A stretch of DNA of 64,000 nucleotides, from contig OZ244252.1 in assembly GCA_965217185.1 (NCBI GenBank), positions 320,001 to 384,000 of the forward strand, written 5' to 3'. The notes below the pieces were generated by a model that worked only from the letters and a program-made list of their open reading frames with translations, was not told where the DNA came from and made no database searches. Within the stretch, counting starts at the first letter, position 1. Each line of letters starts with the position of its first letter. Shown here one piece after another: positions 18,682 through 28,948 of the stretch. Source of the stretch: an uncultured Candidatus Entotheonella sp. GTDB lineage: Bacteria; Tectomicrobia; Entotheonellia; Entotheonellales; Entotheonellaceae. The translations under genes were made by a program, and so were the position numbers.

Positions 18682-19053
18682 TTGACATCTCCCCGCCCTG
18701 AAGGACGGGGATTCCGGCTATTGAGGGCGATGCCCCGCCCCGGCGGCGGCGGCGATGTTGATAGCGGCGTTGAGATCTCTGTCGTGCAGAGCGCCGCAGG
18801 TGCAACACGTCCACTGCCTTACGCCGAGGTCTGCTCTACCTTTCGGACTCGTTGGGGAATTGTCCCCGCACGTCGAGCAGACCTGGGTTGAGAATGCCTT
18901 GGGTATTTCCTGATAGTCGATGCCTGCATGCTCGCACTTGTATTTGAGCATTGACTTGAGGCTGTAGATACCGGCGTCGTAGCCGGACTTGGCGGTTTTG
19001 CCTTTTGTAAGCAGCTTGACGGGTACGTTGCCGACGTAGACTTGAGAGGACAT
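18682..19053 (-). pseudogene. tnpB: IS200/IS605 TnpB 3' remnant with intact right end
   Basis: LKYKC, STQVCSTCG, WTCCTCG.HDRDLNAAINI; right-end hairpin GGAATCCCCGTCCTTCAGGGCGGGGAGATGTCAA on the minus strand. Confidence 0.85.
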
Positions 19054-19095
19054 CTTAAAATGCCGTTTTGGGGACTTTTAACACTGCCGCTGACA
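19054..19095 (-). mobile_element. Orphan IS21-like terminus
   Basis: Reverse complement TGTCAGCGGCAGTGTTAAAAGTCCCCAAAACGGCA..., next to the TnpB breakpoint. Confidence 0.5.
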
Positions 19096-19128
19096 TTGAG
19101 TGGTGACTCCTGACATGAAGGAACAATC

Positions 19129-19272
19129 GTGGCCGATTCCATTCTCTACTTCTTCGTAGACACCAATCTCTTTCTCCAGTGCCGTCCACTGGAACAGCTC
19201 GACTGGTCGCCGTGGGACTCTTTTGAAGAAGTGCGGCTGATCGTCTCGAAGCCAGTACTTGTAGCGACCTGA
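19129..19272 (+). pseudogene. N-terminal fragment of a PIN-domain protein
   Basis: MADSILYFFVDTNLFLQCRPLEQLDW...VRLIVSKPVL, cut at the IR at 19260. Confidence 0.65.
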
Positions 19273-19749
19273 GACTATCGGCCGTCGGACCTGAGATCAT
19301 CGCCGTTTTGGGCCCAGATTATTTGAGACTGTAATTTGGCTTCGGCCCACATTAGCTGAGACGGACCCACCTTGTTGAGACTGGAGCCGGGACGGTGAGG
19401 CCGGTTGCTTCTCACCGCCTCCATGAGGGTCTCCCTCCGAGCTGTCCCAGGGCCTTGTTCCACAAAGAAAACGAGCGTTTTTCGGATGCCTTCTGCGGAG
19501 GCTACAGAACCCGCCGATTCCCACAAGAAAACCCGTTTCATAAAACTATGAAAGATTCCGAAAGCGGCCCTGTCTATTTTTGATGGGGACCGGCCCTAGA
19601 AGTCATCAGGACGGCCCGCAGCCACGAAAGACGGCGCGTAATGGACCGTTCAACGCCTGGTCTGGCAAGGGTCCAATTTCATTCTCACGCGCGTGGGTCT
19701 GTCGCAGATAATCTGGGCCCATTCGCATTTAATTCGGGCCAGACCGAAA

Positions 19750-19930
19750 ATATAGTCTTGTCTGTAGAGTGTCGTCACTCTGGGGCGCCAGAGCCTCGGA
19801 GGGGTGGCGGTGGTCGGACCGTTATAGTCTGGTCGACTGGGGCCGTGCTTGAGTGGGGTCGCCACCGCCCTTCCTAACGTCCTGAATGGTTGCATGAGCA
19901 TCAAGGCTCGCATGACAAGAACAGGAGAGG
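19750..19930 (+). ncRNA. Candidate IS110 bridge RNA (non-coding left end)
   Basis: ~180 nt non-coding leader with complementary GC stems upstream of the IS110 recombinase; boundaries approximate. Confidence 0.5.
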
Positions 19931-19934
19931 AAGG

Positions 19935-20882
19935 ATGACGAATCATGTCCTCGGCGTTGACATCTCGAAAGCCAGCCTGGACGTCCATCTCGTCCCGACA
20001 GGCGAAACCCAGCAATTCGCTAACAACACCGTCGGCTTCCGCCGCCTTATCGCTTGGCTCCGGGGTCGCCCCGTAGGCCGCGTGGTCTACGAGCCCACGG
20101 GAGCTTGGCATCGAGATTTCGAGCGCGTGCTTGGCAACGCCGGCTTGCCCCTGTCACGAGTCAATCCGTTGCGGGCACGGCGTTTTGCGCAAGCACTGGG
20201 GCAAAAGGCCAAGACAGATGCTGTTGACGCTCGCATGCTGGCGGCAATGGGCCAAGTGCTTGACCTGCCCCGCTCCAGACCACCCTCGCAGTGGCAAAGT
20301 GAACTCCGGGAGCTGCACACAGCTCGACTGGCGCTGGCCAAGGATCGCACGGCCACGCAGAACCGTCAGAAACAGGCATGCCTTCCGCTGGTCAAACGCC
20401 AATGCGCAAGCCGTCTGCGGCACATCGAACGCCAACTCAAAGCCCTGGAGGCCGAAATGCTGAAGCATATCAAATCGGATTCGGCACAGGCTCGGGCTTT
20501 GGAGATACTGACATCCATCCCAGGAATCGGGGCAATCACTGCCGTCGCGGTGCTGGCAGAGATGCCGGAGATTGGCTCACTCGACTCCAAGGCCGCTGCC
20601 AGCTTGGCCGACTTGGCGCCAGTCACCCGGCAGTCCGGGAACTGGCAAGGACACAGCTTCGTCCAAGGGGGACGCCGAAGGCTGCGCCAGGCGCTTTACA
20701 TGCCGGCTGTCTCAGCGATCTCATGTAACCCCGACCTCGCCTGGAAGTACCGCCAGCTGTGCAGCGCCGGCAAGCCACCGAAGGTGGCGATCACCGCTGT
20801 CATGCGCAAGCTCTTGTTGCTTGCCAACGCGCTGATAGCAAAGGACAAAACGTGGGCTGCTGCTGTACCGACACGCGCGTGA
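19935..20882 (+). CDS. IS110-family recombinase/transposase
   Basis: GVDISK, YEPTG, KTDAVDA, SIPGIG, RQSG (catalytic Ser), AVMRKL. Confidence 0.92.
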   Translation: MTNHVLGVDISKASLDVHLVPTGETQQFANNTVGFRRLIAWLRGRPVGRVVYEPTGAWHRDFERVLGNAGLPLSRVNPLRARRFAQALGQKAKTDAVDARMLAAMGQVLDLPRSRPPSQWQSELRELHTARLALAKDRTATQNRQKQACLPLVKRQCASRLRHIERQLKALEAEMLKHIKSDSAQARALEILTSIPGIGAITAVAVLAEMPEIGSLDSKAAASLADLAPVTRQSGNWQGHSFVQGGRRRLRQALYMPAVSAISCNPDLAWKYRQLCSAGKPPKVAITAVMRKLLLLANALIAKDKTWAAAVPTRA

Positions 20883-20979
20883 GAGGCGCCATTGCGAAGG
20901 CGAATACGAACCGTTTGAAGACGGCCTCACCGGGGCAACGAAATGCCGCGTTGACAACATGGTTACTCAAGTCGCTACA

Positions 20980-21211
20980 GGTAGTTGTCGAGATAGTCCC
21001 GCTCCAGGTCCAGACGCCGATCACCCCGGTAATAGCCAGCTGCGAAGAGCAGGGGTGCGTCTCTTGCAGGGTTTGCCGCAATCAACAGGGCGTTGCCGAC
21101 CGTCCCGCAGGCATCGTCGACCAGAGCCGAGGTTGCCGGCCATTGGGCATCGTCGAGCATGGCGCCATGCAGCGACATGAGGACGCGGTGGAAGGTGTCG
21201 TGTTGGCTCAT
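20980..21211 (-). pseudogene. N-terminal fragment of a probable LuxR-type regulator
   Basis: MSQHDTFHRVL.SLH.AMLDDAQWPATSALVDDACG..., ending at the IR; family call from recall only. Confidence 0.5.
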
Positions 21212-21388
21212 GAGATCTTGTCATCCTGCGGCATCTTCTGCTTCATACCGCCTGTCATGGCTCGGTTCGGCGAAGAATAGCATGATACTTCTTTGGCGGG
21301 AGGATGCCAGCATTCCACCACGTACACCTCTGCCAAGGCCAAAGACGCCTTGGTGACCAGTGCGGTCAGCGAGGGTGCCGGAAATGGC

Positions 21389-22384
21389 CTACTCGCCAGA
21401 TCGCCGGTTGGCGCCGAACGAGCCGACGATTTCACTGCGTTCGAAGATGCCCACGACGCCTGCGTGATTCTCTCCAACGAATTGGCCCTGGATGTAGTCC
21501 GTGCTCCCGAGCGGCTTTTCCCCGAATGCACCGCTGTCGAGGGGAATGTTCTGCCAGGACGGAATCCTCGTGTCGTCCAGCCTGGCGCCGGTCTCCAGAT
21601 CGTGGAGATTGCTGAACGCCACGTCGACGTCCGGATTGGCGAAATCGTCGATGGTGAGCGTCGCATTGCCTCGCACGAACTGACCGTGGGTCACTGTGTC
21701 GCTGACATCCGCGCCGATCATCATGCCTTCCCAGGTTCCGGACATGTTCCCCACCGCCGACGGCGCCTTGGCGTGCGCCACCCCGACGGCGCTGGCGTCA
21801 AAGACCGTACCAAGCGCGATGGGCTGGCCCCGCACGTCCCTGACCGTCATGATGGCCCGGTTGACGAAGAAGGCTCCGTCGTCGAGCCAGCCGCCGTAGA
21901 ATTTCACGTTGAACGCCCGGTCCGCTCCGGTCTGCAGGCCGAAGCCCTCTACAATCGGGACGCCGCGGGCAGTTTTGGCCTGTGGTTTGAATTCCAGAGA
22001 ATCTTTCAAGTGGTGTGCGAAGTGGCCGCTTCCGAAGTCGGCTCGATGATCGTTTCGAGCACGCTCCAGGGCGCCTTCCAGGCCTGCCGAAGTCGGACTT
22101 ACGCCACAGATCGTGCCCTCGCATTTCGTGAAGGTGCGGGACGATGCACCATCGAATCGGAACACATGCTGGTCGCTCGCTATTACGACGGTGGCCGATT
22201 CCACTCGTGCGACGGTACCGAGTCTGACCTCTTCCGCCGTCAGAGCGGCGTCCGTCACCCGGACGGATTCAGAACCCGCCCCGCCACCGCAGCCGGCCAG
22301 CAGGGACGACGCCAAGCCGACCGTCACCATAATCGGCAACCAAGAAATGAACCTGTAAACCCTTATCCCTACCATGTCTGTCAT
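21389..22384 (-). CDS. Lipoprotein with a TbpB-like C-terminal beta-barrel
   Basis: Lipobox LAGC; TWEGMMIG, GQFVGENHAGVVGIFER..IVGSFGA.R. Confidence 0.65.
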   Translation of the reverse strand: MTDMVGIRVYRFISWLPIMVTVGLASSLLAGCGGGAGSESVRVTDAALTAEEVRLGTVARVESATVVIASDQHVFRFDGASSRTFTKCEGTICGVSPTSAGLEGALERARNDHRADFGSGHFAHHLKDSLEFKPQAKTARGVPIVEGFGLQTGADRAFNVKFYGGWLDDGAFFVNRAIMTVRDVRGQPIALGTVFDASAVGVAHAKAPSAVGNMSGTWEGMMIGADVSDTVTHGQFVRGNATLTIDDFANPDVDVAFSNLHDLETGARLDDTRIPSWQNIPLDSGAFGEKPLGSTDYIQGQFVGENHAGVVGIFERSEIVGSFGANRRSGE

Positions 22385-22970
22385 CCCCCTGTGGCAATTT
22401 GAGCTTTTTCACCCCTGCCCTCGGAAATGGTCCTGAGTTCAGAACCGCCGGTACGGGCATGTTGGTGCGTCGTAATCCAGGTATTTCCTGCGAACTTCCG
22501 CTGCCGGGTGCGGCTTGGACGCGCGAGAAGCTCGACCGTCTTGCCGCCGAATCCGGCAATCCTTCTGATGGGCACACGAATGGGCACATTTCATGCCAAG
22601 CCCCTGAGATACCCGGAAATACTTTGAACAGATGACGTTTATGGCATTGACGCATCAGGAAGACGGATGCCGGCACGATGCAGATTGCAACGGCCAGTGG
22701 GGTGCACAGGAGGGAGAGATTGTGAGTTAACGCTTTGATTTGAAAGTGTCTGATTGCGGGATCAATAGGTAAGAGCGGGTGGAATTTCCGATGTGCGACA
22801 TAGTTGCATTTTGCAACAACCCATTGCAGGCGTGGAAGAGATCGCGGCTAAGATTGTCGATGTTATCCGGAACCCGACGGAAGGCCTAGAAGGGGAAGCG
22901 ACGAAGCAAGAGGACCGATGCGGGCCGGCGTGTCGGAGACGGCGTCTATTGCCGGATGGCTACCCGCTGA

Positions 22971-23555
22971 TCATTTTCCCGTTTCGGCGCCAACGGCCAA
23001 CGCAAGATAGCGGTAGAACGTCGGTCTGGATATCCCCAGCGTCGCGCAGATCTGGTCAATGCTAAGACTTCGGTCCCTGTGGAGGCGCTTGGCCGTCACA
23101 ACCCGCGGATCGTTGGGGCTGATCGGCCGGCGGCCGCCGAGACGTCCCCGTGCCCGGGCTGCGGCCAAGCCGGCTTGGGTCCGCTCTTGAATCAGTCGCC
23201 GCTCGAACTGCGCCAAGCTCGAGAAGATGTTGAACATCAGCTCGCCCGAGGCTGTGGTGGTGTCGATGGCGCCGTCCAGGAGGGACCGGAAGCCGATGCC
23301 CTTGCCCAACAGTTCCTCCACCAGAGAGACCAAGTGGGGCATCGAACGTCCCAGCCGGTCCAGCCGCCAGACCACCAGCGTATCGCCCGGCTCTGGCGCG
23401 GCCAAGCACGCATCGAGGCCTGGACGGCTTCCACGAGCTCCGGACGCCTTGTCCGTGAAAATCTCCGCGCATCCTGCCTTGTTCAATGCGTCCAGTTGCA
23501 GCTGCAGGTCCTGCTCGATGGTACTCACCCGGGCGTAGCCGATCAGCCTTGCCAT
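22971..23555 (-). CDS. Serine resolvase/invertase
   Basis: IGYARVST, WRLDRLGRS, ERT.AGL.AARARGR.GGR, C-terminal HTH. Confidence 0.95.
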   Translation of the reverse strand: MARLIGYARVSTIEQDLQLQLDALNKAGCAEIFTDKASGARGSRPGLDACLAAPEPGDTLVVWRLDRLGRSMPHLVSLVEELLGKGIGFRSLLDGAIDTTTASGELMFNIFSSLAQFERRLIQERTQAGLAAARARGRLGGRRPISPNDPRVVTAKRLHRDRSLSIDQICATLGISRPTFYRYLALAVGAETGK

Positions 23556-23733
23556 GCAGGCCTCCCCTTATTGTTTCATCTATGTCCGACAAGAACGAGT
23601 TGGTGATATTGTAATTTATGAGACGGCCGTTTGACACAGAAAACGGCCTGTTTGAGGGGGTATTTTGAGGTGCTCGGAGGTGTCTTGCTTAAGGGTCGTT
23701 AAATGATACGGCGTTTATCTGGCACTATGACAG
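23556..23733 (-). promoter_or_regulatory. Putative res site upstream of the resolvase
   Basis: AT-richer upstream tract conserved in the second copy at 63340-63521. Confidence 0.65.
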
Positions 23734-23867
23734 GCATGTTGTCATCGGGCATACAGCCCCCGACATCAACCTCAGCCCGGCGCCGGGGTAACCCTTGTTG
23801 GGGGCGTGGCTGCGAGGTGGTGTTCTGGGCATTGGATGAGGGCTTTCAGGAAAAGGGATTGGCGGTG

Positions 23868-24878
23868 ATGTCGAGGGGTATGGCCGGAAAGGTTCTGGTG
23901 GTGCTTGTGAGCGCGGGATTGTGCGCGGCGGTGACGGGTTGTTCGCTGAGCTGGCTAGGCGAGTGGTTTGGCGGAAAGAACGGCCGGGTAGAGGGCGAGC
24001 CGGCGAAAGGCCGTGAAGCGGGGAGCGGTCCGCCCGCAGATGCGGTAACTGCTGTAAGTCCCCGCGCGGGGCGGGGGCTGAAGGGCGAGACGCCGGGGGA
24101 AGCTGGAGGGCCGGAAGCGGGGGCTGAGGATTACCGGGTGATACTTTCGTTTTCCGACCTGGGCGTCATCGAAATTGTGCTTGAGGGAGAAGGCGCTGCT
24201 CGAGGAGCCTGGCGGTCCGCTGATGCGGAGGCGCGGAAGAGATGCCGCGCCTGGGGCTACGAAGAGGCGGCGGGAAATGTGCCCTTGGAGAGGGTGCGGC
24301 TCTATCGGTGCCAGGGAAAGGTTGCTTCGGAAGGGGAAGGAGACGAGGGGCAGGCGACGCCGGTGTTGTGGAGGACGGGGGATTTCCGGCGGGTCTTGTG
24401 GAACTTTCGCAGCCGTGCGGAGCAGGGTGACGAAAAAGCGCTGGAAATGGTTCAGGGACTGGCGGCCCAGCGAGGCGACCTTGAACGCCGTGCTGAAAGA
24501 GGGGGTGCAAAGGCGTGGACCGGCTGGATGTTTTCGGTGCTGATGGCCTCTGGCGGGGAGGTGCGGTCGGAAACCTGGCGGTGTTTCCCCCGTGGGGAAG
24601 GCAGGAACAGCGAGTCGGAGGTGATGCTGGGCCGGTTGAGTGAAGCCGGTGGAGCCTTTGGAATTGGAGAGGTGTTTGTTTTCGGGTTGTCGCATCCTGC
24701 GGTAGTCAGGGCTTTGGAGCCGGCGCTTCGCTGGGATTTCGGCAGGGGTCCCTGGCGGGAGCTTCCGCATGCGTTTGTGATCGAGCCAGACGGTGGCGGG
24801 TACCACTTCGATGTTTCCAGCTCCGAGAATGCTCAGGCGGAGTCGAGACGGGTCTTTGATTGCGAGGTCTTGCGTTGA
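23868..24878 (+). CDS. Hypothetical lipoprotein
   Basis: Signal peptide ending VTGC; ARKRCRAWGYEEA recalls YecR-like lipoproteins (weak). Confidence 0.5.
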   Translation: MSRGMAGKVLVVLVSAGLCAAVTGCSLSWLGEWFGGKNGRVEGEPAKGREAGSGPPADAVTAVSPRAGRGLKGETPGEAGGPEAGAEDYRVILSFSDLGVIEIVLEGEGAARGAWRSADAEARKRCRAWGYEEAAGNVPLERVRLYRCQGKVASEGEGDEGQATPVLWRTGDFRRVLWNFRSRAEQGDEKALEMVQGLAAQRGDLERRAERGGAKAWTGWMFSVLMASGGEVRSETWRCFPRGEGRNSESEVMLGRLSEAGGAFGIGEVFVFGLSHPAVVRALEPALRWDFGRGPWRELPHAFVIEPDGGGYHFDVSSSENAQAESRRVFDCEVLR

Positions 24879-25287
24879 GAGTCAGATGCGCTGCGTGCGG
24901 ACGGCGTCTGACCACGCCTCGAACAGCCGCAAGGCCAGGGCCAAGCGGCGGCGCAGGCTGGGCCGGGGGCCGAGCTTGAGGACGTGCTCGTTGAAGGCGT
25001 CTTTGAGGCGCGAGTTCTGGCCGGTGAGGTTGCGGATCATCTGTTCCTGAAGCTTCCTTCCCTTTTCGCGGGCAGGCCTCGTCACGGTGTGGTAACGGGT
25101 CTTGCGGTCGGCCTTTTGCTGCTTGCGGAAGGTTTCGTTTCCGTACGCGGGAGATTATCAGAACTGACAACCGGCTCTTCCGGGGAATGTCCCGGAGGGA
25201 CATCATGTCCGAAGGCGACATAACGGCCCTTATCGGAACCGGGGGCCAAGAGGCCCCGACCACCGCGGCTATCAGCAGGATCGTTGG

Positions 25288-25719
25288 TCAAGCGAGCCGA
25301 AATCGGTTGCGCAAGGTCAACAAGAGCAGGAAAAGGAATATCGGCCCAAGTACCGCCTCGGCAGTCCCAACTGCGGCCGTCAACGGGGCCCACTTATCGT
25401 TCTCTTCCAAAAGTTTCTGGCACGGCTCGAGATATCCCCCCTCAGCCGTGAGACGCAGAAAGGCATGGGCGTTGGCAAATCCCGTCCCGAGCGCGGCCAG
25501 GAACAATATCGACCCCTCCGCGACGGTTCCCGAGGAGCCGGTGTTGGCGTACAGGACAAAACCTGAAATGGTCCAGTGGGCAAACCAACATGCAAAGCTA
25601 CGCCCCACGCCCCAGCCATAATCCGCAGTCTTGTCAAACAACCAACTTACAGTCTTCAGGAAAGGGCCTTCCGTCCGACGTCTTGCGCGCATCTTGAACC
25701 GGAAAAATCGGTGCCGGTC
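25288..25719 (-). pseudogene. C-terminal membrane part of a pentapeptide-repeat protein
   Basis: DRHRFFRFKMRARR...DYGWGVGR...LFLLLLTLRNRFRLA; joins 27216-27458 when the IS is removed. Confidence 0.75.
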
Positions 25720-27215
25720 GAGCCACTTGCAAAACTCCGCTAGTTTGGCCTCGGAGCGGTTGTCATGAGACCGTACGGTGAATCATTTGCCGTCGGTGGT
25801 TCCAATTGCCACGAATTCAGCCATGGCGGTGCCGAGTTCCGGCTCCCGTCTTGCGATGCGGACGCAACTCTCCCCCCTGCGTACAGGACAGCAGCGTGTG
25901 CCGGGATGGAGGAAACGGGGCCGCGAGACCAGCTTCAGGTCACCAAGCGCATCAACTGATCAACCGTGAGCGCCACAATCCCGAACATCAGATGACACAG
26001 CACCTTGGCATGGCCGCGCACGCGCACGCTGCGACCTCCGAATTCATCCTTGAGGCGACCATTGACGCGCTCGACGGTCGAGCGTTCGTGGTAACGTCTC
26101 TCCTCAGACAGGACCAACCCACAGGCACGCCGTGCCTGCCTCTCCTGCCGCAGCGCCTGCTTGCGCGCGCCGCTGCGGGGGTTGACGTCGATGATCGCAA
26201 CATGACCCAGGGCGCGGCTGTGGGCGCGGATTTCCGGGGCATCGTAGGCGCTGTCCATCAGGTCATACAGGTTGCGGACTCGCTCCGCCGTCAGGGTCGC
26301 CAGCGGGATGGCGACTTGGCTGTCGTGCAGCGACGCCGAGGTAAGCAGGCAACTGACCGGGATGGCGCCGTCGGCCGCGTCAATATGCAACTTGTAGCCG
26401 CTCCATGACGTCTGATAGCCCTTGGCGTCGCGCTTGACGCCAATGTCACAGGCGTACGGCAAGTCGGCGAGCATCTCCGGCAGGGTCATGTTGCGCTGGC
26501 GCTCCAGACGGCGCGGCTCCGTGGGGCGCTCCTCGCCCTTGCGCGGACGCCCGCGCCGCCGCTTCGGCTTGGCCGGCTGCGGCGCCTTCGGGGTCGGTCT
26601 CTCGCGCCCTTCAATCGCCGTCGAATCGCGTGAAATATGGCCTGCCAGACGCTCACCCTGGGTGCGTTTGATCAGCGCCTCGTGCAGGTGGCTCGGCAAG
26701 GCGCTGTCGGCAAATTCGGCAAAGGCACGTGAAAACGTCGCCTCGCTCGGAATGTGCTTGACGCTACGCCAGCCGCACAACCGGCGCAGGGTGCTGTCGT
26801 GGCGCAGACGATCAAGCAACATCCGGGTGCTAACCAGCGCGAAGACGGCCTTGGCGATGAAGGCGCGGGCTAAGGCCGCGCGGTCACTTGGCGGACAGCC
26901 GCGACGCCGGTGCTGGTACGGTAGCAGCGTTTCCACCCGCACCCATTCGAGCACCATGACGAAGCGCTGATGGCGTTCCCCCAGCGCCCCGATCGTTTCC
27001 TCAAGCTGCGGGAACAGCAGCGCTTGAAAGCAAGACCAGTAACTCGATAGTATCTCACGTAAGGCCATTGGGGTCGTTCCTCCTGATTCGGTTGTTTGAC
27101 AACTCAACAGAATCAGAAAGCGGCCCCAATGTCCACCAATCAGCCCCAGAGCCTGCCCCGCGCTTGACACGGAGAAAGAAAATCCCACTCGTACACGCAA
27201 TTCTGCAAGTGGCTC
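25720..27215 (-). mobile_element. IS1182/IS5-like element
   Basis: IRs GAGCCACTTGCA; flanks GGTC and AGTC (imperfect duplication). Confidence 0.8.
25935..27068 (-). CDS. DDE transposase
   Basis: SRDSTAI, GYKLH, LHDSQ, LMDSAYD, RSTVERVNGRLK; start at MALREI. Confidence 0.88.
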   Translation of the reverse strand: MALREILSSYWSCFQALLFPQLEETIGALGERHQRFVMVLEWVRVETLLPYQHRRRGCPPSDRAALARAFIAKAVFALVSTRMLLDRLRHDSTLRRLCGWRSVKHIPSEATFSRAFAEFADSALPSHLHEALIKRTQGERLAGHISRDSTAIEGRERPTPKAPQPAKPKRRRGRPRKGEERPTEPRRLERQRNMTLPEMLADLPYACDIGVKRDAKGYQTSWSGYKLHIDAADGAIPVSCLLTSASLHDSQVAIPLATLTAERVRNLYDLMDSAYDAPEIRAHSRALGHVAIIDVNPRSGARKQALRQERQARRACGLVLSEERRYHERSTVERVNGRLKDEFGGRSVRVRGHAKVLCHLMFGIVALTVDQLMRLVT

Positions 27216-27458
27216 AGTCGAGTGGCTTTTCGAGCCTGCTCATTATGAGCTCCAACCGCTCCCAAGCGCGGATGGAGTAATCGAGCCACATGTCGTGTGT
27301 TTCGGACTTTGCCCATTCCACACGGCCAAAGTCTGTGTCCTCATGAAGCTTGGCATCGAAGAACGCCGGAACGTCCCCGAAAATCGCTCCGTGAAAACTT
27401 GTCTTCGCTCTGAACTCGGCGTTCGTGAAATCGACCCTGCGCTCCGGAAACACTCCTC
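27216..27458 (-). pseudogene. Middle fragment of the pentapeptide-repeat protein
   Basis: VDFTNAEFRAKTSFHGAIFGDVPAFFDAKLHEDTDF. Confidence 0.75.
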
Positions 27459-27460
27459 TA

Positions 27461-28682
27461 GCAGGTCGTCAATCTTTGATCACGGGATAGAGATGATGCA
27501 ACTTGACCCGTGCATCAGCGGCGCTAAAGCGCCAGTGCACTACCTTGCTCGTCCGGTTGCGTTGTTCGCTCCAGGCGCTGACTTGCGCGCGCAGCGCCTC
27601 AAGGTCGGCTATCCGTCGGTCCAGGCATTGCCGGGCCAGCACGCTGAACTCCAACTCGGCCATGTTCAACCAACTGCCGTGCTTCGGCGTGTACACCAAC
27701 TCCAGCTTGTCCAGCAACGCACGCGCCTTGGCGGGCGGGAAGCTCTTGTACAGCGACGCACCGCTATGCGTGCTCAAGTTGTCCAAGACCAGCGTGATCC
27801 GCTGCGCCTGTGGAAAATCGTCTTCCACCAAGCGGCGCACGCCTTCGGCCCACGTCGAGGCGGTATGATCAATGGCCACGTCGGTCCGGCGCCAATCGTC
27901 AAAGGGTGCGTAGTACATCAGCAGATGACCCACCCCGTTGCGCTCGTACTCGGCATCGTAGCGGGCTGGGTGGCCAGGGAGCATCGGCAGCGGCGTCCGC
28001 ACCTCGCGCACACACTGCTTGGTCGTCTCATCCATGCAGATCACCGGGTGGGCCGCATCATACGGGCGGGTATACACCCCTAGGACCTGCTCCATGGCGC
28101 ACACGAAGGCAGCGTCGGGCTGGGGCGGAATGCACCACATCTGTTGGCGCCATGGCTTGATCTCGTTTTTTTTAGCACCTTGCGCACCGTCTCGTGGGAT
28201 ATCGTGTGCACGACTTTGCGGTGCTTCAACTCATCGACCAGCAGATGCAAGGTCCACCGTGCACGTCCGTCCGGCGGTTCGCTACAGGCGATGGCGACCA
28301 GTTGCGCCTCCGCCTTCGCCATCGAGCACCGGGGCGCGATCACGGCTGCGCTGGCGGCGTCCCAACGCCGCTTCCAGCCCTTCCTCGACACAGCGTTTGC
28401 GCACCTTTTCGACCGTCTGGCGGGCGACGTCAAACTTGTCGACGATCTGCCGATCCATGCAGCGCAGGACCGTGTTGTCCCTGATCGGCTTGCAACAGGA
28501 TCTCTGCATGGCGCCGACGGTAGGCAGGCGCCCGTCCGGTCTTGACCAGTTTCATCAATTCGGACCGTTCTTCTTCACTCAAACGGATCACATAGAGCTT
28601 CTTCACAATCATCCCTCCCAGCTACGGTCGCAGCTTGCTGAGAGGCAACTTATCATGCCTGTGTATTACGTTGAACAGCTAC
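27461..28682 (-). mobile_element. IS630-family element, transposase degenerate
   Basis: CTAG at both junctions; orfB with CMDE, LDNLSTH, TPKHGSWLNMAE; A8 frameshift window at 28166-28173; two extra frameshifts in orfA. Confidence 0.9.
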
Positions 28683-28702
28683 TAGGTGTAAGGGGGAAGA
28701 TT

Positions 28703-28948
28703 GTGGGAGCCGTGTCAGGGTTTGAGCGCATTACCTTTGATCCACACGTGATGGGCGGACGAGCATGCCTGCGAGGCATGCGGGTCACGGTATCGCTACT
28801 GATGAATCTGGTGGCTAATGGCATGACCATGTCCGAGATTATCGCAGCCTATCCGTATCTCGAACCGGAGGATGTCCGCCAAGCCCTGCAATACGCGGCA
28901 TGGCTTGCGGAGGAAACGGTCCATCCGTTGGAACCAGCCCGCCTGTGA
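28703..28948 (+). CDS. DUF433-family antitoxin
   Basis: RITFDPHVMGGRACLRGMRVTV...YPYL..EDV..AL.YAA. Confidence 0.88.
   Translation: MGAVSGFERITFDPHVMGGRACLRGMRVTVSLLMNLVANGMTMSEIIAAYPYLEPEDVRQALQYAAWLAEETVHPLEPARL

Larger units (their letters stand above)
19260..20979. mobile_element. TG..CA-bounded composite element containing IS-end debris and an IS110
   Basis: 14-bp IRs TGTAGCGAC(C/T)TGAG at 19260-19273 and 20966-20979; genes truncated at both ends. Confidence 0.6.

Noticed and set aside
22385..22970. Riboswitch in the long intergenic region
   Set aside because: No recognisable consensus; needs an Rfam search
24882..25150. Short basic minus-strand ORF
   Set aside because: No clear start or motif; at best a gene fragment
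28166..28173. A8 frameshift site in the IS630 as a novelty
   Set aside because: A routine feature of split IS630 transposases
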